Below, piece after piece: positions 1 through 6,691 of a stretch of DNA of 33,923 bases; the first letter of the stretch is position 1; every line of letters begins with the position of its first letter. The stretch lies in the IMG/VR virus record IMGVR_UViG_3300045988_110183. One strand, 5' to 3'. The stretch is from a virus. A program made the position numbers and the translations under genes. The notes under the pieces are model-generated. The model worked only from the letters and a program-made list of their open reading frames with translations. It searched no databases and had not been told where the DNA came from.

Positions 1-55
1 AATAATGCGAAAAAGGTGTAAAACCTCTTTCGCATTTAATACTAATATTTTCATA
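1..55. repeat. 55-bp exact terminal direct repeat, copy 1. It is identical to 33869-33923 and looks like the assembly overlap of a circular molecule.
   Basis: Bases 1-55 (aataatgcgaaaaaggtg...atattttcata) recur base-for-base as the last 55 bases of the window. Confidence 0.9.
4..36 (-). terminator. Palindrome / intrinsic-terminator-like hairpin downstream of the transposase gene. It is the same physical site as 33872-33904.
   Basis: Arms AATGCGAAAAAGGT (4-17) and ACCTCTTTCGCATT (23-36) pair at 13 of 14 positions, with a 5-nt loop. On the minus strand, across the junction, the hairpin is followed by A plus T7 (33863-33871). Confidence 0.5.
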
Positions 56-67
56 GGTGAATGTCAA
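39..67 (-). promoter_or_regulatory. Candidate sigma-70-type promoter reading towards the hairpin and the early operon
   Basis: Minus strand: TTGACA (67-62), 17-nt spacer, TAGTAT (44-39). An AATGCGAAA box lies on each side. Confidence 0.4.
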
Positions 68-91
68 GAGTAAATGCGAAAATTTCATAAT

Positions 92-1141
92 TTAATTTTT
101 TGGCAGGGCGGCGACACACTCATTATAGAGTATTTCGGCGGTCAAATAGCCCAGCACTTTTCGGGGATAGTTGTTAATCCAATCTTCTACGCGCTGCACC
201 TGCTTTCTGGTGACGCTGGCAAAACTCGTGCCCTTCGGGAAACAGCGGCGAATCATTCGGTTCAGATTTTCGTTTGACCCGCGTTCCCACGAACTGTAAG
301 GGTGGCAATAATAAAATCGTGTCCGCGCCCCGTTGTATAGAACAGATTTTTCCATACCAACCAAATCAGAAAATTCCGTGCCGTTGTCTACGGTAATAGA
401 TTTGAAGATTTTGCGGAATTTAGCACCCAAGCGCCGTTCCAGCCGATTCAGGGCACGAACGGTGCTTTTTGCTGTCCTGTCAGGCATCAGGATAATAATT
501 TCTTTGCGGGTCTTTCGCTCAGTCAGAACCAGCAGGGCGCGCAGGCTTGTTTCGGCAGCGCTGTAAACGGTATCCATTTCCCAATGTCCAAATTCATCAC
601 GGCTGTTGATGATCTCCGGGCGCTTTTCAATGCTTTCGCCGCGCGGGGGTCTGGAGCCTTGCTTGTTTTCTTTTGGCTTGCGGTGGCGCTTTGGCTTGTC
701 GGGCAGGTCTTTGTCTGTAATATCTGCAAACACGCCTTTTGCAATATAGCTGTATATCGTGCTGACGCACACGGACGTCTTGAACACCTTTCCCTCCAGC
801 ACTATATCTGCCATAGCCGCCGCCGGGGAACGCTTTTCATTTTTGATTTTGTTGCCGATATACTTTGCAAATTCGTGATCGTTTCCAATTTTCAGATCGG
901 CTCCCTTGGCGCTCAAATTCGCCCGGTAGCGTTCCTCGGCTATATCAGGGCTATAAGCCGTATAAAATTCATAAGTGTCGCCATTCAAGCGCGTGTATGA
1001 GCCGCGTTCAATTTCTCTGTATACAGTGCTGATATGCACACGCAAAACATCTGCAATTTGACGGTAGGTGTACCCCTCATTTAAGCATTTTTCAATGCGC
1101 AGTCTGTCGGTGCGTGTCAGATGCTTAAAGATGCGCGGCAT
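92..1141 (-). CDS. IS30-family DDE transposase/integrase (349 aa)
   Basis: N-terminal HTH (LTRTDRLRIEKCLNEGYTYRQIADVLRVHISTVYREIERG). DDE triad context HWEMDTV ... ITVDNGTEF ... HPYSSWERGSNENLNRMIRRCFPKG, which is typical of IS30. Confidence 0.9.
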   Translation of the reverse strand: MPRIFKHLTRTDRLRIEKCLNEGYTYRQIADVLRVHISTVYREIERGSYTRLNGDTYEFYTAYSPDIAEERYRANLSAKGADLKIGNDHEFAKYIGNKIKNEKRSPAAAMADIVLEGKVFKTSVCVSTIYSYIAKGVFADITDKDLPDKPKRHRKPKENKQGSRPPRGESIEKRPEIINSRDEFGHWEMDTVYSAAETSLRALLVLTERKTRKEIIILMPDRTAKSTVRALNRLERRLGAKFRKIFKSITVDNGTEFSDLVGMEKSVLYNGARTRFYYCHPYSSWERGSNENLNRMIRRCFPKGTSFASVTRKQVQRVEDWINNYPRKVLGYLTAEILYNECVAALPKN

Positions 1142-1155
1142 ATCAAATCCCCCTG

Positions 1156-1314
1156 TCAGATCAGCGCAGGCGCGCCCTGTGCAAGCGCAAGAAGAAATTC
1201 AAGCTGTTGGACTGTAAGCGCCGCATGGCCGCAGAAACCGCGTGCACATTCGCGTGCGCACGCATCTGGAAGCCATTCGGCAACAGCATAATCTGATGAA
1301 AAATAATTTTTCAT
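1156..1314 (-). CDS. Hypothetical small protein (52 aa, MKNYFSSDYAVAEW...) immediately upstream of the transposase
   Basis: Internal ATG of ORF 1156..1377, preceded by GGGAGGA with a spacing of about 8 nt. No recognisable domain. Confidence 0.35.
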   Translation of the reverse strand: MKNYFSSDYAVAEWLPDACARECARGFCGHAALTVQQLEFLLALAQGAPALI

Positions 1315-1416
1315 ATAGTAGGTCCTCCCATGGCCTTGATTTTCCCCGCCAAATTGATTATAATAAAAAATAAGCAAGGGGCGGTTGTAGTCTCTTAGCG
1401 GCTAAAGGTTAGATGG

Positions 1417-1536
1417 TTACTTTTGAACGGGTCTCCATCTGGCCTTTTTGTTTTTTAACTGCATCCACGCGATGTAAAGGTTGAAGTATTGCTGTTTTGA
1501 TTTCGGGCTTAACTTTTCAAACTCTTTACTTTTCAT
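1417..1536 (-). CDS. Hypothetical micro-ORF (39 aa, MKSKEFEKLSPKSKQQYFNLYIAWMQLKNKKARWRPVQK). It is the first ORF of the leftward operon.
   Basis: ATG at 1536 preceded by AAAGGAA, and the ORF lies downstream of the candidate promoter at 1580-1608. It is below the ORF-track size cut-off. Confidence 0.3.
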   Translation of the reverse strand: MKSKEFEKLSPKSKQQYFNLYIAWMQLKNKKARWRPVQK

Positions 1537-1579
1537 TTGGCGGTTCCTTTCTGTTTGTACCGCCCCTTGCTATGTTTAT

Positions 1580-1608
1580 ATTGTACTATATCTAGTGCAA
1601 TAATGCAA
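1580..1608 (-). promoter_or_regulatory. Candidate leftward promoter of the switch region
   Basis: Minus strand: TTGCAT (1608-1603), 17-nt spacer, TACAAT (1585-1580). It overlaps the TGCAAT operator-like repeats. Confidence 0.5.
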
Positions 1609-1624
1609 TGCGCAAATTGCACTA
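1593..1624. promoter_or_regulatory. Operator-like repeat set: TGCAAT-aa-TGCAAT-gcgcaa-ATTGCA
   Basis: 9-bp inverted repeat tAGTGCAAT (1593-1601) / ATTGCACTa (1616-1624), with an additional direct TGCAAT half-site in between. It lies between the divergent promoters. Confidence 0.5.
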
Positions 1625-1656
1625 TCTTTAATACAATTTATTATGCATTTTTGTAC

Positions 1657-1686
1657 TTGCTTTAGTACGCTTTCCTGTGCTATAAT
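1657..1686 (+). promoter_or_regulatory. Candidate rightward promoter of the XRE gene, with an extended -10
   Basis: TTGCTT (1657-1662), 18-nt spacer, TGcTATAAT (1678-1686). SD GAGGTG lies 6 nt before the ATG at 1727. Confidence 0.55.
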
Positions 1687-1726
1687 AGGGATACTGAAAA
1701 AGGCCACTTTATAGCGAGGTGTTTAT

Positions 1727-1948
1727 ATGATAACTTATGAAGGGCTGTATAAGCAATTATCAAAACAGGGCCATAACAAATACTGGTTGCGAAAAAACGG
1801 AATCAGTCCGTCCGTTCTGGACAAACTTGGCAAAGGCGGTGGACTTGATTATCGCTCAATAAACAAGCTGTGCGCCCTGCTGAACTGCCAGCCCGGCGAT
1901 CTCATGGAATATATTCCAGACCCAGCGCCGCAGGATACAGCAGAATAA
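1727..1948 (+). CDS. XRE/Cro-CI family HTH DNA-binding protein (73 aa), candidate repressor
   Basis: HTH-like segment (...LRKNGISPSVLDKLGKGGGLDYRSINKLCALLNCQPGDLMEY). It is divergent from the leftward operon, and is one of two credible plus-strand genes. Confidence 0.75.
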   Translation: MITYEGLYKQLSKQGHNKYWLRKNGISPSVLDKLGKGGGLDYRSINKLCALLNCQPGDLMEYIPDPAPQDTAE

Positions 1949-1996
1949 ACAGAACACGGCAGACAACCCATGCGGGCGGTCTGCCGTGTTCTGTTT
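1947..1996. terminator. Bidirectional hairpin terminator between the convergent XRE and holin genes
   Basis: 18-bp perfect stem AAACAGAACACGGCAGAC (1947-1964) / GTCTGCCGTGTTCTGTTT (1979-1996), with a 14-nt loop. It overlaps both stop codons. Confidence 0.7.
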
Positions 1997-2238
1997 TAGT
2001 CGTCGTCTACATCATCGGGGATTCCGTCGCCGTCGCAGTCAGGCACTTCGGGCAAGCCCGCAATGCTGGTAAGCAAGGACAGCAGACCGGCCAAGGCGGA
2101 CGCGCTCACCACAATGCGCCAGTCAACCGCGCCCAGAACGGCGGCGCTGCCGATCGTGGCAATAGCGGTCTGTGCAACGGTTTTGACCGCGCGCACGGCA
2201 GCGGCTTTCGCAAGAGCTGCAAGGTAGTTCTTTTTCAT
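1996..2238 (-). CDS. Holin, r1t-like family (80 aa)
   Basis: Pattern AVRAVKTVAQTAIATIG...VDW...SASALAGLLSLLTSIAG with an acidic tail. The SD is AAGGAGG. It is the last gene of the lysis cassette. Confidence 0.7.
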   Translation of the reverse strand: MKKNYLAALAKAAAVRAVKTVAQTAIATIGSAAVLGAVDWRIVVSASALAGLLSLLTSIAGLPEVPDCDGDGIPDDVDDD

Positions 2239-2241
2239 GGG

Positions 2242-2580
2242 TTATTCCTCCTTATTTCCGGCGGCACACGCCGGTAAGCGTTCACAGTTTGCCATGATGT
2301 GTTTGATAGAGGGGTCTCCATCACCCAAGGCAGCATAGGGGTCATAGTAATTGCGCAGGGTTTCCATACCATAGGGCGGAATAACGCCCTTGCTGATATA
2401 ATGCAAGCCCAAAGACATTACCTGCCCGCGCAGCAGGGCTTTCACGCCGCTTTCCATGGCTTTGTCCTTGTTCTCGGCTGCTTTCCTGTGCCCAAGGGCA
2501 AAGCCCGCCACAGCGCCCGCAAGGGCTGTCACAAGCGACGTCAACAGACCCGGCAACATCTGCAAGATGATTTGTTGCAT
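2242..2580 (-). CDS. Lysis-cassette membrane protein (112 aa, N-terminal TM helix); function unknown
   Basis: Hydrophobic N-terminus (LPGLLTSLVTALAGAVAGFALG). SD is GGAGGA. It lies between the endolysin and the holin. Confidence 0.5.
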   Translation of the reverse strand: MQQIILQMLPGLLTSLVTALAGAVAGFALGHRKAAENKDKAMESGVKALLRGQVMSLGLHYISKGVIPPYGMETLRNYYDPYAALGDGDPSIKHIMANCERLPACAAGNKEE

Positions 2581-2583
2581 GGT

Positions 2584-3306
2584 TTAGTCCTCCACCCATT
2601 TGCTTGTGTAGTGGACGCCCAGTGCGTCCGCCTTTTGCTGTAAGGCAGAGGCGGCAGCGGTAGACATTGCCTGCATGGTTACGGTGTACAGGGTCGGCGC
2701 GCTGCCGTTGTCAGCGGCAGTTTTCAGCAGGGCATCATAGTCGCCCTTGCTCATGGGGCCGATGGTGGGGATTTGCAGTTTTTTGTCTGCGGTATCGGCA
2801 GCGGGCACAGCAACGCTGTGTTCGCCCTTGTTGAACTGGTATTCCTTGCCGGTGGCAAGGGTATAATCAGCGTCAAGCCATGTAAGCGGGTTGGTGCGTT
2901 TTCCGTTGAGGATAACCTCGAAATGCAGGTGCGCGCCGTATACGTTGCCAGACGTGCCGCTGTAACCGATGATCTCACCCTCTTTAACCTTTTGCCCAAC
3001 CTTAACGCAATAGCTACTAAGGTGGGCATAGCGGGTTTGCAGAGTATGCTTTTTATAAGGGGCATGTTTGATGCGTACCATGTTGCCATAGCTCTGCATA
3101 CCTGTTTTGGTGTGCCCATCCCAGTTTTGCGTCTGATCGACCGTGCCGTCCTCGGCGGCATAGACCGGGCGGATATACATACCGTTGATCTGGGTACGCA
3201 GATCAACCGCTTGATGCAGGGAGCCGTCATTGTAATACCAGCCCTGTGTCAGCACATGAATGTCAAGCGGCCAACGCAGCAGAACTTCACCGTTGGAAAG
3301 TCGCAT
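2584..3306 (-). CDS. Endolysin, M23 (LytM-type) peptidase domain with a C-terminal extension (240 aa)
   Basis: HQAVDL ... GYSGTSGNVYGAHLHFEV matches the M23 HxxxD / HxH zinc motifs. A strong SD (GGAGGT) is present. Confidence 0.85.
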   Translation of the reverse strand: MRLSNGEVLLRWPLDIHVLTQGWYYNDGSLHQAVDLRTQINGMYIRPVYAAEDGTVDQTQNWDGHTKTGMQSYGNMVRIKHAPYKKHTLQTRYAHLSSYCVKVGQKVKEGEIIGYSGTSGNVYGAHLHFEVILNGKRTNPLTWLDADYTLATGKEYQFNKGEHSVAVPAADTADKKLQIPTIGPMSKGDYDALLKTAADNGSAPTLYTVTMQAMSTAAASALQQKADALGVHYTSKWVED

Positions 3307-3481
3307 TGTTTTTTACCTCCATTTCCGTGTTCGTAGTTTGGAATATGCCGATTGCATATTCAAATTCCAAATCAGCCAGTGCGCGGCGCTGACCGCCTGT
3401 GCAGCTGTCCTTGCGTTCAGCAAGGGCAAGTGCTTCATCGGCAAGATCAAGCGCTGCGCGGGCTATCTCTCGCGCCGTCAT
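3287..3481 (-). CDS. Possible small ORF (64 aa) bridging the RT and endolysin genes
   Basis: ATG at 3481 with a weak GGTGA SD. It overlaps the RT 3' end by 35 nt and the endolysin start by 20 nt. No domain recognised. Confidence 0.2.
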   Translation of the reverse strand: MTAREIARAALDLADEALALAERKDSCTGGQRRALADLEFEYAIGIFQTTNTEMEVKNNATFQR

Positions 3482-4562
3482 AGGCTTCACCGTCCTTGTT
3501 GGCAGATTCACGCGCCGCTTTTGCGGCAAGCGCCTCTGCCCAGATTTTACGGACGATTCCATAGGCATCGGCATGGCTTGCGTGTCCTGTCCAGCTGGTA
3601 AGCTGTTCTTGCAGTTGGTTCCAGCTGACCTCACCAGCGGCATACCGGCGGATACGTCGGCGGCAGCGGGTTATGCTGTCCTTGCGTATCAGCCGGTAAT
3701 CGTGGAAATGCCGATACCCTACAAAATCAATTCCGTGCATTGGTTTGTAAATCTTTGTTTTGGGGTTCAATTCAAGGCGCAGTTCAGTGTGTAGGAACTC
3801 GGTGATCTTTTCCAGCTGTTCAACCAGTTCGAGGCGGCTGCGCGCCAAAATGACGAAATCGTCCATGTAGCGCATATACCATTTTGCACGCAGGTTTTCT
3901 TTCACGAAACGATCAAGCGGCGTCAGGTACATACCGCCAAACAGCTGACTTGTCAGGTTACCCACAGGTACGCCGACAGGCTCGCCGGTGCCGTTGTGAT
4001 CTACGATGCAGTCCAGCAGGGCAAGCACGCGCCGGTCTTTGATTTCTTTGCGGTATTGCCACTTTAGTACGTCGTGGGACATACTCGCAAAATAACTGTG
4101 AATATCGCCCTTTAGCACCCACACATTGCCGTCCCATTCCCTGTACAGGCGGTAATACCAGCGTGACAGGTCATGACTTGCTTTGTGCGCACCGCGCCCA
4201 TCAATGCAGGCATAGGAATGGGCGTAGAACCCGCGTTCAATGATCGGGCGAATGACATTGCAGAGGGCGTGCTGGGCAACTCGGTCTTTGAATGGCAGGG
4301 CGCGAATGATTCTTTCTTTCGGCTCGTAGATGGTGAAAGACCGATAAGGCTGCGGGTGGTATGTACACATCTTGAAATCTTCCTGCAATTCCAAAAGATT
4401 TTCCGACAGGCGGGCGGTGTAGGCAAGTACCTCGGTGCGGTATCGTTTGTTTTTGCGTGCCTTTCGGTATGCTTTCAGCAGATTTTCATAGGTGTAAATT
4501 TGATCGTAAATGTTATTGATGCGTTTGTGCCCCATAAGGCAACACGGCTCCCTCTTTTGCAT
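3447..4562 (-). CDS. DGR reverse transcriptase (371 aa)
   Basis: RT motifs include the catalytic YMDD (RYMDDFVIL) and the DGR-typical VGNLTSQ segment. It lies immediately downstream of the TR. Confidence 0.9.
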   Translation of the reverse strand: MQKREPCCLMGHKRINNIYDQIYTYENLLKAYRKARKNKRYRTEVLAYTARLSENLLELQEDFKMCTYHPQPYRSFTIYEPKERIIRALPFKDRVAQHALCNVIRPIIERGFYAHSYACIDGRGAHKASHDLSRWYYRLYREWDGNVWVLKGDIHSYFASMSHDVLKWQYRKEIKDRRVLALLDCIVDHNGTGEPVGVPVGNLTSQLFGGMYLTPLDRFVKENLRAKWYMRYMDDFVILARSRLELVEQLEKITEFLHTELRLELNPKTKIYKPMHGIDFVGYRHFHDYRLIRKDSITRCRRRIRRYAAGEVSWNQLQEQLTSWTGHASHADAYGIVRKIWAEALAAKAARESANKDGEAYDGARDSPRSA

Positions 4563-4693
4563 GGGCTACTTGCGGCAGCCGTCCTTTTTGATGTTTGCCG
4601 GGTATTGCCCCGAACGGGCCGAATCCTCTGACTTCTTGAAAAGTCTGTCGGTAAAGCCTTGACCGTACCGATCTGCCCCGCGTAATAATAGAA

Positions 4694-4818
4694 GTCACAG
4701 GCCCCGCGCACGCCCACATTGGTGTTGACGTTCCAAGGGTAATTGTTGCAATTCACAGTGCGGGCACCACAGTGGGCACCGTTGTTCCAGTTGCCGCCAG
4801 CAATCAGGGCGTGGAGGG
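4694..4818 (-). repeat. DGR template repeat (TR), 125 nt
   Basis: Aligns without gaps to 5229-5353. All 13 mismatches are at TR positions that are A on the minus (coding) strand. Confidence 0.9.
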
Positions 4819-4840
4819 AAAATAAGGGTTCAGCCCATGG

Positions 4841-5182
4841 TTATGATCTTGCGTTGATGGCTTTGATAAGCCCGCCAACTCTGCCGCCAATCTCCGCCAG
4901 CTTGCGCCCGATCACTTCGTAGCGGTGGGCGTTGCAATATTTCAGGTCGTAGCCGAGGTGGAAGTAGGTGCGCAGCATATCCAGTTCCCGGTCAATGGCA
5001 TAAGCATGGCTTTTCTTCGTGCTGGATTTGCGCAAGGCAACACATTCCTCCAGCATCGTGAAAATGCAATTCTTAATCCTGTTGGTAAGGGCGAATTTCT
5101 CCGCTTTAGGCCAGTTGTTCAAGATCGGGTAGATGTACAGTGCAAAATCATAAATTAGTTGTTCTGTTTCAAGTGGATTCAT
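4841..5182 (-). CDS. avd: DGR accessory variability determinant (Avd-like, 113 aa)
   Basis: Small helical, basic protein in the canonical position between the target gene and the TR. Confidence 0.75.
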   Translation of the reverse strand: MNPLETEQLIYDFALYIYPILNNWPKAEKFALTNRIKNCIFTMLEECVALRKSSTKKSHAYAIDRELDMLRTYFHLGYDLKYCNAHRYEVIGRKLAEIGGRVGGLIKAINARS

Positions 5183-5194
5183 AGTTTTTCACAA

Positions 5195-5212
5195 GCCCCG
5201 CTTTCGCGGGGC
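5195..5212 (-). promoter_or_regulatory. GC hairpin with a GAAA loop downstream of the VR (DGR target-recognition hairpin/cruciform type)
   Basis: Minus strand GCCCCGC-GAAA-GCGGGGC, 16 nt 3' of the VR end and 7 nt 3' of the target stop codon. No U-tract follows. Confidence 0.6.
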
Positions 5213-5219
5213 AAGACGG

Positions 5220-6251
5220 TCAAACAGCGTCACAGGCCCCGCGCACGCCCACATCGGTGTGGACGTTCCAAGGGCAACTGCTGCAATACACAGCGCGGGC
5301 ACCACAGTGGGCACCGTCGCCCCAGTCGCCGCCAGCAACCAGGGCGCGGAGGGCGGTATCGGACGGCATATAAATCTGACCGTAGCCGGGTACGACGTCG
5401 TACCAGTTCCAGCTGCTTGCGGTGGGTTCAAGGCAAAGTTCGTCCAGCCATTCCCACACGTTGCCCGCGCAGTCACGCAGACCCAGCAGGCTTGTTGCGT
5501 TGGCTACATAGCCGGTCAGCTGCCGCGCCGTGTTGCTGGTAGCCGTCCAGCCGTTTGCGTTGCTGGCATCAAGCCCCTGAGGGCTTCCCTCGGCACCCTT
5601 GCACCACTCGCCGTAAGACGGCATACGCTTACCAACGCGGCGCAAGCGTTCCTGCGCAATGTACCAGTTCAGCCCCTCGGTGCCGGTAATGGGCGTGGCG
5701 TTGTACTTGCTCAACAGACCGCCGTTTGCATCGTCGCTGTTGATATAGATGTCAAGCCATGTGCCGCCGCCGATGTAAACCATAGCCTCCGGGCTGCAAG
5801 CCGGCCGCCAAAGCAGCGTCCACACGGACGCGGGCACGATGCCGTCATAGACGTCGGACACGGACAGCGATTTGCGGCATTTGCCAAAGTGGAATCCGCC
5901 GATCTTGCGGCTGGTATCGGCATTGTAGCCGGAGGGGTAGGTGCTGTTTTTGGAAATAATGTAGATTTCATCTGCATCGCTGCCGGGGTCGCACAGATAC
6001 ACATAGTAGTCAGAACCGACGGTAAAAGTGCCGCTGTCGAGGTTTGCCTCGGTCAGCACAGCGTTCTGCGTCCGAAACACACCGCCGCCGGTCAGGGCAA
6101 AAACGCAGTCGGCAAATACCGTGATCTGTTTTGCGGCGTTTGCGTCGAGGTACTTTTTGACCGGGGCAACCACATCGGACAGCGCGCCGAATACCTTGCA
6201 ATTCAGCAGGGCGCGTTTGTCGGTAAGACTATCCACAAGAAAACGGCTCAT
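5220..6251 (-). CDS. DGR target protein: tail-fibre/receptor-binding protein with a C-terminal C-type-lectin/FGE-like variable domain (343 aa)
   Basis: GNVWEW motif, and a C-terminus that contains the VR (…GGDWGDGAHCGARAVYCSSCPWNVHTDVGVRGACDAV). ATGA overlap with the upstream gene. Confidence 0.85.
   Translation of the reverse strand: MSRFLVDSLTDKRALLNCKVFGALSDVVAPVKKYLDANAAKQITVFADCVFALTGGGVFRTQNAVLTEANLDSGTFTVGSDYYVYLCDPGSDADEIYIISKNSTYPSGYNADTSRKIGGFHFGKCRKSLSVSDVYDGIVPASVWTLLWRPACSPEAMVYIGGGTWLDIYINSDDANGGLLSKYNATPITGTEGLNWYIAQERLRRVGKRMPSYGEWCKGAEGSPQGLDASNANGWTATSNTARQLTGYVANATSLLGLRDCAGNVWEWLDELCLEPTASSWNWYDVVPGYGQIYMPSDTALRALVAGGDWGDGAHCGARAVYCSSCPWNVHTDVGVRGACDAV
5229..5353 (-). repeat. 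DGR variable repeat (VR), 125 nt, ending 6 nt before the stop codon
   Basis: See the TR feature. 12 codons differ from the TR-encoded sequence (H>R, I>V, N>D, N>G, N>D, T>A, N>Y, N>S, N>S, Y>C, N>H, N>D). Confidence 0.9.
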
Positions 6252-6676
6252 AAACTCATCACCACACCTTTAATATTTTTCAGTTCGGCAGCGGTCAGCC
6301 CCATGCGCTGTGCGGCGGTGCTGGGTGCCGGAATCAGCAGGGTTTCGGTATCGGACGGCAGCGCCTTTGCAAGCGTCACCGCAGTTTTTGTCAGCTGCTT
6401 TGTGCCGGTGGCGTCATCTTCTTCGATATGCTCCACGGCGGCGATCTTGGCACCGTTGCCGGTGGTCTGACCGGCGGCAGCTTCGGCGCAGTAACCAACC
6501 GTTACCGTCGTACCGTCAACGCCCAGAATCGGGCAATGCAGGTACGCGCCCGCTTCAATCTGTTCGATAGCGGCGGCAAGCTCGCTGACAGGGAATGCGG
6601 GCGGCGTTGCCTGCGCCATGGCAAGGCAGTTCAAGAGGTCTGCCTTGGTTGCAATGGTTTTCGGAAATCCTTTCAT
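6248..6676 (-). CDS. Hypothetical tail-module protein (142 aa)
   Basis: SD AAGGAGG. Translationally coupled to the DGR target gene. No domain recognised. Confidence 0.6.
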   Translation of the reverse strand: MKGFPKTIATKADLLNCLAMAQATPPAFPVSELAAAIEQIEAGAYLHCPILGVDGTTVTVGYCAEAAAGQTTGNGAKIAAVEHIEEDDATGTKQLTKTAVTLAKALPSDTETLLIPAPSTAAQRMGLTAAELKNIKGVVMSL

Positions 6677-6691
6677 GCTATATAGCCTCCT

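Noticed and set aside
4-36. Reading the palindrome as abutted IS30 IRL/IRR ends, meaning the circle junction of a transposon-like phage.
   Set aside because: The arms are only 14 bp and are followed by a T7 run, like an intrinsic terminator. They show no resemblance to sequence near the other side of the transposase gene. I kept it only as a remote possibility under the transposase finding.
1-55. Reading the terminal 55-bp direct repeats as biological direct terminal repeats, LTRs or IS ends.
   Set aside because: The exact length of 55 nt and the perfect identity fit a k-mer overlap of a circular assembly. The repeat cuts through a promoter/hairpin unit and has no IS30-like inverted-repeat character.
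4475-4756. 93-aa minus-strand ORF (MNCNNYPWNVNTNVGVRGAC...).
   Set aside because: It is the DGR template repeat read in the VR frame, which is why it resembles the target C-terminus. It has no SD and lies in the Avd-RT spacer, so I annotated it as the TR and not as a CDS.
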